A stretch of 9,550 nt of DNA, from assembly GCA_964496765.1 (NCBI GenBank), contig CAZCAP010000017.1:1-9550 (forward strand), given 5' to 3'. Made by a program: the position numbers and the translations under genes. The notes under the pieces were generated by a model. It had not been told where the DNA came from, made no database searches, and saw nothing but the letters and a program-made list of their open reading frames with translations. Position 1 is the stretch's first letter. Every line of letters starts with the position of its first letter. Source of the stretch: an uncultured archaeon (GTDB taxonomy: Archaea; Iainarchaeota; Iainarchaeia; Iainarchaeales; CSSED10-239). Shown here in pieces: positions 1 through 7,334 of the stretch.

Positions 1-63
1 TATAAACAGCAACAAGTATTCCCACAACAAAACAAAGAAGAACAACAACTGCTAACGTATTAA
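1..63 (+). CDS. 3' end of a coding sequence entering from the left edge; Gln-rich C-terminal tail (YKQQQVFPQQNKEEQQLLTY*)
   Basis: Frame 1 is open from base 1 to TAA at 61-63 and the tail is Gln/Glu rich. Only 20 codons are visible, so this is weak. Confidence 0.4.
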   Translation, partial: YKQQQVFPQQNKEEQQLLTY

Positions 64-88
64 GATTCATTTAATTTCTTTCCTTTTC

Positions 89-382
89 TTATTTTCTAAG
101 TTCTATCTCAAAGATATCAATTATTCTATCTGTATCTAGATCCTTTAATGAAATCCTATTATTTGCTTTTCTTACAAACATTAAATTAAAGTTAGAATAA
201 TTTGCAACTAATCTTCTTAGCCTATCATATTGCTTGAGAGTAACTTCTTTTTTATGCCTATGGGTTAGCTCAGTAAACACTTCATGGAATCTTTCACTTT
301 TTTCAAACAATTCTTTGTTTCTTACCTTAATTTTTTCAGTTCTGTTTCTGAAGATATCACTTAATCTCATAAGTTCTTTCAC
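89..382 (-). CDS. Small hypothetical protein, charged and probably helical, downstream of alaS
   Basis: 97-codon ORF from GTG 382. ATG at 370 preceded by AGGTGA is the better start. The gene begins about 4 nt after the alaS stop, so it is probably cotranscribed. Confidence 0.65.
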   Translation of the reverse strand: MKELMRLSDIFRNRTEKIKVRNKELFEKSERFHEVFTELTHRHKKEVTLKQYDRLRRLVANYSNFNLMFVRKANNRISLKDLDTDRIIDIFEIELRK

Positions 383-386
383 CTAC

Positions 387-3071
387 TTAATTAAACTTTC
401 CTTGGAAGAGAGGATCTCCTCCGCCTTTTATTTGTTTACCAAGTTTCTTTTCAAGTTCCTTCTTTATTCCATCTATTGATTCCTTTGATGAAGGGCCTTT
501 CCAAATGAAAACATTTCCATTATTATTGTATATTGCAATAATCTTATCCTTTGATTTTTCAGTTGCCTGAACCTGTTTGAATACTTTTAGTATTTCTGCG
601 ATATCTAGATTAAATTTAGCAATAACTGTTTTATCATGGGTATTAACAATATTATCTAACTCATATTCAGCTATTCTATGCTTTAGAGAATCAATTTCTT
701 TTTTTTGTTCTTTCCATTCTTTAAAAAAGTTCCCTAACGTTTTTGAAAGTTCGCTTTTATTAACACATAAAACATCAGATGAATTTTCTAAATGCTTTTC
801 TTGTTCTCTAATATATTCAAGTGCTGCTTTCTGGGTTGTGTAAAATATTCTTTCAATTCCATCCTGAACACTTGTTCTTTTAATTATTTTAAAAATACCA
901 ATGTCCTTTATTTCATTTAAATGAAGCCCAGCACATGCCTGAACATCTATGTTTGGTATTTCAATTATTCTTAAAAGGTTCCCGGGAATTGCTCCACCTT
1001 GGTAAAGCCTGAAACCATATCTTTTTTCTGCTTCATCCTTTGCTAATTCAAAGATGTTTACTTTGCTTCCATCTAAAATCCATTCATTAACCTGATCTTC
1101 AATTAAATCAAGCTCTGCTTTTGTGATTGGTTTGTAGTGTGTGATGTCCAAATGAGATTCTAGAACATCCTTGCTTGCTCCAGCCTGCCATATATGCTGA
1201 CCAAGTATCTTCTTAGCAGCAGCATTTAGAAGATGTGCTCCTGTGTGCATGCATCTTAATTGCTTCTGACGTAGATCATCAACTAAACAAATTATTGATT
1301 GTCCAAGATTTATTATTTTCTTTGGATTATCTAGGAAGTGAAGAATCTTTCCTTCATAATTATAAACCTCTGTTACTTTGTGTGCACCATTTATTGTTCC
1401 ACAATCATAGGTTTGTCCTCCACCTTCTGGATAAAACACTGTTTTATCCAAGATAATAAATTTTTCTGATGCATAGAGAACCCTTGATGTGCATTCAGTT
1501 TTATTTTCATAATATAATTTTTTTGTGTTTGGAAGAGCTTTAATTATTTCTTTGTTTTCTTTTTCAAGAAGCTTCTGGATAATACTAACATCCTTTATTG
1601 CTTTTCCAGTTAAATTACTTTCTGCAATTGCCCCAAAATAATCTGCAGGAAGTTCTATCTTCTTATTCAACTTTTGTGCAGCTTCTTCAATCTGTTCTTT
1701 AGTTATTCCATCGCTCTTGTACATTGTTACAAAGTCCTTTGTATCAAGCTTTCTTCCTGATGAAAGAATACTTGCAAGCTTGCTTACTGCTTTATCTTTA
1801 TTTTGTAAATATTTCTTTTTTTCTTCGTCAAGCACATCACAGGCAGTATTAAATCCTCTTGATAGGCTAGGATCAAAATCCTTCAACGAATGAACATGTT
1901 CTTCAAATATCTTATTAAAATCTAGTTTGAAATTATGTGTTTGATCAATATCAAACAATCTTCTTGCTAGGATTCTTAGATTATATCCTCCACCAGAATT
2001 ACTTGGAAGAAGGCCATCAGTCCCTGTGTAAAGAAGAGTTTTTGTATGATCACAAACTGCATAGAGAGCATGAACTGGATCTAATTTCTTGAAGAGTTCA
2101 TCTTTGGAGTGTCCAAGTTTCTTTGCAATAGTTTCCTGAACTTTTTTAAGATCACTAACCTCATCTGCATTTAATTCTCCAGATAATCTATAAAAATCAG
2201 TTAATAGTTTATCATCAAACTTTACTCCAGTATGCTTTTTTAAATATTTTAAAACATCATCAAATGTAATATCATAGCTTGTTGGAGTTCCATTTGTGTA
2301 CCAAGCAAGTCTTTCAAACCCTGCCCCCATATCAATAACAGGTTTCTTTAATTGCTCGTACTTTCCTTTACCCATATCCTGATATTGCATGAAAACACAA
2401 TTACCTAGCTCAACACCATTAGCAAAATATTCCATACATGGTCCAAAGTTTCCTCCACCTTCCCAAACATCCTCAAAAAAAACAAGATCATCTTCCTTAA
2501 CTCCAATAACCTTAGTTAAATATTCATGATCTAGAGAAATAGCTTCTTCTTTCCAGTAGGGTTTCTTTGGATCACTATTGAATGCATGTTGACCAAACAT
2601 AACAAAGGTTGTATAGTGTGTTCCTGTAACCCCTACATTTGAGAGATCTCCAAACCTAATGGAGGTTTGTGGAACAATAAGTGGATCTGCTGGTGGTTTA
2701 ACCTCACCATTAACAACATATGGTTGGAAATCTATAATTGATGCATTTGTAAAATATAAATCATTTCTCCATCTAGGAATAACAGGATATCTTTTAATTG
2801 ATTCATGTCCATTCTTTTTAAAGAATTTTTCAATTTCTTTCCAGGTTTCTTGATATGTATATCCTTTTGTTTTATGTCCAATGAAATCACGAGATTGACA
2901 ACTAGATTCAGCACAATATTCTCTATTTGTGTTTGTCCAAAAAGCTCTTTTACATTTCTTACAAATCTTTCTTTCATAACCTAAATTAGTAAGCGCTTTA
3001 ATCTTATAATGATCCTGCCAGTTCTTTTCAAACATTGGTCTAACTTGTTTTTTAAGTTCAGTTTCAGCCAT
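387..3071 (-). CDS. alaS: Alanyl-tRNA synthetase, archaeal type
   Basis: ORF of about 895 aa. N-terminal PMFEKNWQDHYKIKALTNLGYERKICKKCKRAFW with Cys cluster, QTSIRFGDLSNVGVTGTHYTTFVMFGQHAF, WEGGGNFGPCMEYF, editing domain CMHTGAHLLNAAAKKILGQHIWQAG, and DVQACAGLH zinc-site region. ATG at 3071 (MAETELKKQ) is preferred over TTG at 3080. Confidence 0.97.
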   Translation of the reverse strand: MAETELKKQVRPMFEKNWQDHYKIKALTNLGYERKICKKCKRAFWTNTNREYCAESSCQSRDFIGHKTKGYTYQETWKEIEKFFKKNGHESIKRYPVIPRWRNDLYFTNASIIDFQPYVVNGEVKPPADPLIVPQTSIRFGDLSNVGVTGTHYTTFVMFGQHAFNSDPKKPYWKEEAISLDHEYLTKVIGVKEDDLVFFEDVWEGGGNFGPCMEYFANGVELGNCVFMQYQDMGKGKYEQLKKPVIDMGAGFERLAWYTNGTPTSYDITFDDVLKYLKKHTGVKFDDKLLTDFYRLSGELNADEVSDLKKVQETIAKKLGHSKDELFKKLDPVHALYAVCDHTKTLLYTGTDGLLPSNSGGGYNLRILARRLFDIDQTHNFKLDFNKIFEEHVHSLKDFDPSLSRGFNTACDVLDEEKKKYLQNKDKAVSKLASILSSGRKLDTKDFVTMYKSDGITKEQIEEAAQKLNKKIELPADYFGAIAESNLTGKAIKDVSIIQKLLEKENKEIIKALPNTKKLYYENKTECTSRVLYASEKFIILDKTVFYPEGGGQTYDCGTINGAHKVTEVYNYEGKILHFLDNPKKIINLGQSIICLVDDLRQKQLRCMHTGAHLLNAAAKKILGQHIWQAGASKDVLESHLDITHYKPITKAELDLIEDQVNEWILDGSKVNIFELAKDEAEKRYGFRLYQGGAIPGNLLRIIEIPNIDVQACAGLHLNEIKDIGIFKIIKRTSVQDGIERIFYTTQKAALEYIREQEKHLENSSDVLCVNKSELSKTLGNFFKEWKEQKKEIDSLKHRIAEYELDNIVNTHDKTVIAKFNLDIAEILKVFKQVQATEKSKDKIIAIYNNNGNVFIWKGPSSKESIDGIKKELEKKLGKQIKGGGDPLFQGKFN

Positions 3072-3103
3072 AAACATCAATACCTATAAATATACCTAAC
3101 ATA

Positions 3104-3115
3104 TCTATAAATTAT
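3104..3115 (-). promoter_or_regulatory. Candidate TATA-like element for alaS
   Basis: Minus-strand AATTTATAGATA about 33-44 nt upstream of ATG 3071, consistent with a short-leader archaeal transcript. Visual match only. Confidence 0.3.
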
Positions 3116-3213
3116 ACTTAATATATAAGATAAATAAGTATTTAAAGATATATTTTAGGGTTAATTATATCTATTGGCTTTTTCTAAGCTTTCTGGCCTT
3201 AAATGAAGATATA

Positions 3214-3222
3214 TTTATAAAA
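3214..3222 (+). promoter_or_regulatory. Candidate TATA-like element for the radical SAM transcript
   Basis: TTTATAAAA in the divergent intergenic region, about 50 nt upstream of the mini-ORF at 3271. Confidence 0.3.
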
Positions 3223-3270
3223 CGTTCCAAATAATTAATATCTATTAAAGCATAAAATAGTGGAAATAAT

Positions 3271-3342
3271 ATGATGAAAATAAACAAATCTAATTTAGGT
3301 TCTTTTTCCATTATTGATAAGTATGCCTATTGGTATTATTAA
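3271..3342 (+). CDS. Possible 23-aa mini-ORF MMKINKSNLGSFSIIDKYAYWYY*: leader peptide or short precursor peptide upstream of the radical SAM gene
   Basis: ATGATG start, TAA at 3340-3342, weak upstream TGGAA. Chance is not excluded in AT-rich DNA. Confidence 0.25.
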   Translation: MMKINKSNLGSFSIIDKYAYWYY

Positions 3343-3347
3343 CTAAA

Positions 3348-3365
3348 AACTAAACTACTTTAGTT
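3348..3365 (+). promoter_or_regulatory. Perfect 7-bp hairpin AACTAAA-CTAC-TTTAGTT; 3354-3363 can alternatively pair with 3418-3427
   Basis: AACTAAA(3348-3354)/TTTAGTT(3359-3365) is fully complementary. ACTACTTTAG(3354-3363) is fully complementary to CTAAAGTAGT(3418-3427), which sits just ahead of the AGGAGG Shine-Dalgarno near 3440. Confidence 0.4.
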
Positions 3366-3454
3366 ATCAAGCCAATAGATTTTAATAGTTCTTTTTAATT
3401 TAAGCACATTTTGATTTCTAAAGTAGTATTTTAAAAAACAGGAGGAATCAAAAT

Positions 3455-4102
3455 ATGAACAAAAGTATATTACGAGGATTTCCAGAGGATATGGTGAAAG
3501 ACAATAACCCTATCTTCTTTGGAATACATTTAAAGCCAATATGTAACTTTAAATGCAAAAAGTGTTTCATAGGAGAAATGAACAACCTAAGAATACAACA
3601 AGATCTTAATTTAAAAGAAATCAAACAAATAATACTATCCGCAAAGAATAATGGGTTTAAAGTATTAGGAATTACAGGAGCTGGAGAACCAACACTTGAT
3701 AAAAGAATAAAAGCAATTGTTTCTCTTGCACATAAGAATGGATTAATTACTCACATTCCCACAAATTCATCTTTATTAAGTGAAGAACTTCTACAGTTCT
3801 TTAAAGCCAAAGATGTAACTTTAATTTTAAGTCTTGATACAATAGAGAAAGATAAGTTTATTGAGCTAAGTGGAACTAACGAAAGTGTATTCAAAACAGT
3901 TATAAAAAACATTACTCTTGCTCAAAAAGTATTCAAAGACACTATGATTGTAAAAAATAATAAAAACACACATAGAATTGCAATACACATGACTGTTAGT
4001 GATGAAAATCAAAATGAAATAAATGCAATCAAACAAATAGCAACTAAAGACACTTTATTTAGTATTTCATCCTATCGCTGGCAAGGAATTAGCTACTTCT
4101 GA
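3455..4102 (+). CDS. Radical SAM protein, N-terminal and core part (CxxxCxxC); frame breaks near its 3' end
   Basis: Strong AGGAGG Shine-Dalgarno just upstream. HLKPICNFKCKKCFIG gives CX3CX2C; ITGAGEPTLDKRI matches the radical SAM GGEP-type motif; ILSLDTIEKDKF follows. Conserved-looking sequence continues in the +1 frame after about 4083. Confidence 0.88.
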   Translation: MNKSILRGFPEDMVKDNNPIFFGIHLKPICNFKCKKCFIGEMNNLRIQQDLNLKEIKQIILSAKNNGFKVLGITGAGEPTLDKRIKAIVSLAHKNGLITHIPTNSSLLSEELLQFFKAKDVTLILSLDTIEKDKFIELSGTNESVFKTVIKNITLAQKVFKDTMIVKNNKNTHRIAIHMTVSDENQNEINAIKQIATKDTLFSISSYRWQGISYF

Positions 4103-4130
4103 TGAAATTACAGAAAAACACATAGTTGAA

Positions 4131-5189
4131 GTGTTTGATCCACTAACCAAAAGAAACATTTGTGGTTTTTTTAGATTCGGAATAGATATTAATTTTGATG
4201 GACAATTATTACTAGACGCCCATGCCATAAGAACATCAAAAGTATTACCTAACATTAGAAGTTTCAATTTAAATATTAAAAAAGCTTTTGATTTTGCAAA
4301 ACCAATCAAAATTAATTTCATTAAAAAACACATGGATGGTTTTTGTCCAGTTAGGTCAAATAATATAGATAACTGGATTAAAGATAAGGCTATGAAAATG
4401 GATATTAAAAAAAATATTCAAAAAGGTAAACCCCTACTTAAATTTTCATATGTTAATAAGGGTGCAAAAAAATTCTTGAAAGTATTAAATAGTAAAGAAT
4501 ATTACACCACAAAAAATGAATTGAAGATAATCACTAAAGAGGAAAAAGAATTACAATCGTTTCTCAAAAAAAATATTGTTGTTCTGGGAGTTGGAAATGG
4601 AGATAAGATCAAAAAATTAATTAATGCACCTAGCAAAAATGTGACTTTAGTAGACATTAGTGAAGATCTTATGAAAATTGCAAAAAGTAAAATTCAAAAA
4701 TCAGATTTAACAACTATAATTGATTCTTTTGAAAATATTGATGTTTCCAAATTTCAAAATACAACATTTATCATACTCGGAGGAACTTTATTTAATAATG
4801 ATAATTGGATAGATTTTATTAATAGATTAAAACAAAAATCTATTAATTCAAATTTAATTATAGGTGTAGAATTATTAAATGGAATTTCTATAGAGGACAT
4901 AATAAGACAGTACAACAATGAAACAGGATTTGAATTCATATTTCAACCATTAAAAATAATCAGGATCAAAAGGAACTCTGGAAAGATAAAAGTTAACTTC
5001 AATATTTTAAAAGATAGAATTGAAGAATGGTTTATTCCAAACAAACCAATGTTCAATAAAAAGAAAATATTACTATCAATATCTATTAAAATAAGCGAAG
5101 AAAGATTTATTAAAAAAATTAATAAAAAAAATATTGAATTTAATTTTAAGGAAGGTGATAATCATATAATTGGAATTAAATTAAACTAA
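4131..5189 (+). CDS. Continuation of the radical SAM protein (about 4083-4440) followed by an EgtD-like / Methyltransf_33-like SAM-dependent methyltransferase domain (about 4440-5189)
   Basis: Frame is open from 4041. KELATSDEITEKHIVEVFDPLTKRNICGFFRFGIDINFDGQ resembles the C-terminal segment of radical SAM proteins. LLKFSYVNKGAKKFLKVLNSKEYYTTKNELKII, IVVLGVGNGDKIKKLI, VTLVDIS, FIILGGTLFNN and YNNETGFEFIFQPLKII match the order of EgtD-family motifs (YF.....LF..I..LPEYY.TR.E, ELGSG..KT..LL, PLDIS, LGS.IGN, AYND..G....FN.N.L). GTG 4131 has no clear ribosome site, arguing against an independent start. Confidence 0.75.
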   Translation: MFDPLTKRNICGFFRFGIDINFDGQLLLDAHAIRTSKVLPNIRSFNLNIKKAFDFAKPIKINFIKKHMDGFCPVRSNNIDNWIKDKAMKMDIKKNIQKGKPLLKFSYVNKGAKKFLKVLNSKEYYTTKNELKIITKEEKELQSFLKKNIVVLGVGNGDKIKKLINAPSKNVTLVDISEDLMKIAKSKIQKSDLTTIIDSFENIDVSKFQNTTFIILGGTLFNNDNWIDFINRLKQKSINSNLIIGVELLNGISIEDIIRQYNNETGFEFIFQPLKIIRIKRNSGKIKVNFNILKDRIEEWFIPNKPMFNKKKILLSISIKISEERFIKKINKKNIEFNFKEGDNHIIGIKLN

Positions 5190-5205
5190 AATTGAGGAAA
5201 GATGT

Positions 5206-6504
5206 TTATCTTACAACATCTTTCACTTTATTTATATCCACAAGAGCTTCTTCTCCACTCTTCATGTTCTTGATCTTTATCTTGTTCTGCTTAACTTCAT
5301 CTTCACCTAGAAGACCAACAAATGGAATTCCTGATTTATTTGCAAAATCCATGTTCTTTCCAATTGCTCTTCCTAAGAGATCCATCATTGTCTTTATTCC
5401 TTGATTTCTTAGTATCTGTGTTATTTCAATTGCTTGCTTCTCTGTCTTGATTGGAATAATATAAAGATCTGCTGTTGTTTCCTTCTCCATTCCATCTCTA
5501 GCTTTAATTATCTCCATAATTGGCTCAAGACCAAATGCAACCCCAGTTGCTGGATAATTTCTATTCTCATCCTTAAGATATTTACCTATCATCTTATCCC
5601 ATCTTCCACCACCAGCAATTGAAACTGAAAGAATGGACTCATCTTTTAAGAAAACCTCAAAGATTGGACCTGTATAATACCCTAATCCTCTAGCAAGGGA
5701 TGGAAGGAAAACATAATCTGTGTTAAATTCAGAAAGATAATTAAAAAGTTCTTGTAATTCTTTTACTCCATCAGTTTCTCCAATTATTTTTTGTATATTG
5801 CTTAGCTTTCCTTGGTTATCTCCTTCAACAAGAAGGATATCTAGAATCTTAGTTATCTTATCTTGAGATATTTCTTTTTCAAGAAGTTCTTTAGTTACTC
5901 CTTCTCTTCCAACCTTCTTTAACTTATCAATTGTAATAATTGTTGTTGTTTGATAATCTTCTGGAATTTCTACAAAATTTAAAATATCTGCAAGAAGCTT
6001 TCTTGAAGACATCTCTATGTTTACATCAAGCTTAAGTTCTTTGAATACATCTGAGATAAGAGCAAGTATTTCTGCATCAGTTATCATTCCACTGGCTCCA
6101 ACTGTGTCAACATCACACTGGTAGAACTCCCTATATCTCCCTGCTTTGATTGGACCATCACGAAAAACAGGGCCTATCTGATATCTTTTGAATGGCAATC
6201 TTGTTTGAGGGTTCATTCCTATGTATCTAGCTAGTGCAAATGTAAACTCATATCTTAAACCTAAATCTCTATCCCCTTGATCTTTAAATCTATAAATCTC
6301 AGAGATAGCATCAGACGCTTCTCCAGCTCCAAACTTAGCTTCTAAAATATCTAATCTTTCAACTGTTGGAGTTTCAAGAGGAGAAAATGCATATATTTCA
6401 AAAATATTTTTTATTTTTGATATAACAGAATCTCTAAGTATTTTTTCAGCAGGAGAGAAATCTCTAAATCCTTTTGCTAAATCTAATTCAAAATTATCAT
6501 TCAT
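5206..6504 (-). CDS. hisS: Histidyl-tRNA synthetase
   Basis: LAKGFRDFSPAEKILRD, YEFTFALARYI, RLPFKRYQIGPVFRDGPIKAGRYREFYQCDVDTVG (motif 2), FLPSLARGLGYYTGPIFEVF (histidine motif), SVAGGGRWDKMIG, ATGVAFGLEPI. The ORF reaches 6543, but ATG 6504 (MNDNFELDLAKGFRDF) follows an AGGTG site. Confidence 0.95.
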   Translation of the reverse strand: MNDNFELDLAKGFRDFSPAEKILRDSVISKIKNIFEIYAFSPLETPTVERLDILEAKFGAGEASDAISEIYRFKDQGDRDLGLRYEFTFALARYIGMNPQTRLPFKRYQIGPVFRDGPIKAGRYREFYQCDVDTVGASGMITDAEILALISDVFKELKLDVNIEMSSRKLLADILNFVEIPEDYQTTTIITIDKLKKVGREGVTKELLEKEISQDKITKILDILLVEGDNQGKLSNIQKIIGETDGVKELQELFNYLSEFNTDYVFLPSLARGLGYYTGPIFEVFLKDESILSVSIAGGGRWDKMIGKYLKDENRNYPATGVAFGLEPIMEIIKARDGMEKETTADLYIIPIKTEKQAIEITQILRNQGIKTMMDLLGRAIGKNMDFANKSGIPFVGLLGEDEVKQNKIKIKNMKSGEEALVDINKVKDVVR

Positions 6505-6548
6505 TTCACATACACCTTTTTTATTATTATATTTAATACACAAACATT

Positions 6549-7334
6549 TTAAAGCTTATATAATTCTTTTCTTCTATCTCCCATTAGGTTATTATACTTA
6601 TTATAATTTTTATTTCTTGCTTTTTTAACATCTATGGTAACCATTTGGATATCTTCTCGATTATTACCTTTAGCAAGCACTTTCATTCTTGGATCTACAA
6701 TTTCTGATTCTCCACAAAAATCAATATTTCTTTCTTTACCAACTTTATTAACAGTTATAGTAAATATCCCATTTTCTAAAGATCTACTTCTCATACAGGT
6801 CATAACTTTTTTTGGTTTTGTTTTCAAACAACAGGGGCAACAAATAATATCCACTCCTTTCAAAGCTAAAGTTCTAACTATTTCTGGGAACATATAATCA
6901 AAACAAATTATTAATCCAATATTTCCAATAGCTGTCTTAAAAACTTTATAATTGGTTTCTCCTTTATTAAATGTGTTTTTTTCTTTATAAAATAAATGTG
7001 TTTTTTGGTATTTTCCAATATATCCTTTTGGACCAACTAATACACAGCTATTATATAATTTATTTTTTTTAATTTCGGGCAACCCACAAACAATGTACAC
7101 ATTATTATTTTTACAAATGTCTTTTATTTTTTGTACACTTTTACCAGATGGTATTTCTTCCGAATATTTTTTCAGTTCATTTTTATTTTTAAATAGATAT
7201 CCAGTTGTATATAATTCAGGAAGAACTAATAAATTTATTTTTTTATTTTTTAAATTATCATTAATTCTTTCCAAATTATAATTAACATCTCCAAATTTCG
7301 ATTTAAATTGAAAGAAACCAATATTTATCTTCAT
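6549..7334 (-). CDS. Carbon-nitrogen hydrolase (nitrilase superfamily amidase)
   Basis: Glu-Lys-Cys triad contexts: LLVLPELYTTGY (E), GKYQKTHLF (K), GLIICFDYMFPEIVR (C). Also CRSRSLENGIFTITVNKVG and FCGESEIVDP. 4-nt ATGA overlap with the upstream lyase. Confidence 0.9.
   Translation of the reverse strand: MKINIGFFQFKSKFGDVNYNLERINDNLKNKKINLLVLPELYTTGYLFKNKNELKKYSEEIPSGKSVQKIKDICKNNNVYIVCGLPEIKKNKLYNSCVLVGPKGYIGKYQKTHLFYKEKNTFNKGETNYKVFKTAIGNIGLIICFDYMFPEIVRTLALKGVDIICCPCCLKTKPKKVMTCMRSRSLENGIFTITVNKVGKERNIDFCGESEIVDPRMKVLAKGNNREDIQMVTIDVKKARNKNYNKYNNLMGDRRKELYKL

Larger units (their letters stand above)
3169..3380. repeat. 12-bp perfect inverted repeat pair, arms 3169-3180 (ATCTATTGGCTT) and 3369-3380 (AAGCCAATAGAT)
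   Basis: Direct reading of both arms. A third related CTATTGG lies at 3327-3333. Confidence 0.75.

Noticed and set aside
577-1456. Plus-strand ORFs 577..843 and 1235..1456 within alaS
   Set aside because: Antisense to a well-supported alaS frame; low-complexity Ser/Leu/Phe-rich translations typical of shadow ORFs, with no ribosome site or family motif.
1708-1716. Third CCATCGCT-like string, on the plus strand inside alaS
   Set aside because: It is antisense to the coding strand (alaS reads AAG AGC GAT GGA here) and there is no frame break. It shows the string can occur by chance, which lowers the weight of the shared motif.
2659-2977. ORFs 2659..2853 (+) and 2732..2977 (-) overlapping alaS
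   Set aside because: They overlap the conserved AlaRS catalytic region in other frames and have no recognisable motifs.
4100-4102. TGA recoded as a sense codon to explain the radical SAM interruption
   Set aside because: Reading through the TGA in frame does not restore the conserved downstream frame, which lies in +1. TGA is also a normal stop for the lyase gene.
4067-4333. Minus-strand ORF 4067..4333 spanning the frame break
   Set aside because: It is antisense to radical SAM C-terminal sequence. It gives no family match and does not explain the break.
5190-5205. Strong intrinsic terminator between the convergent genes
   Set aside because: Only 16 nt separate the stop codons and no convincing stem-loop with T-tract was found.
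4754-5404. ORFs 4754..4939 (-) and 5192..5404 (+)
   Set aside because: Shadow ORFs opposite the EgtD-like domain and hisS respectively.
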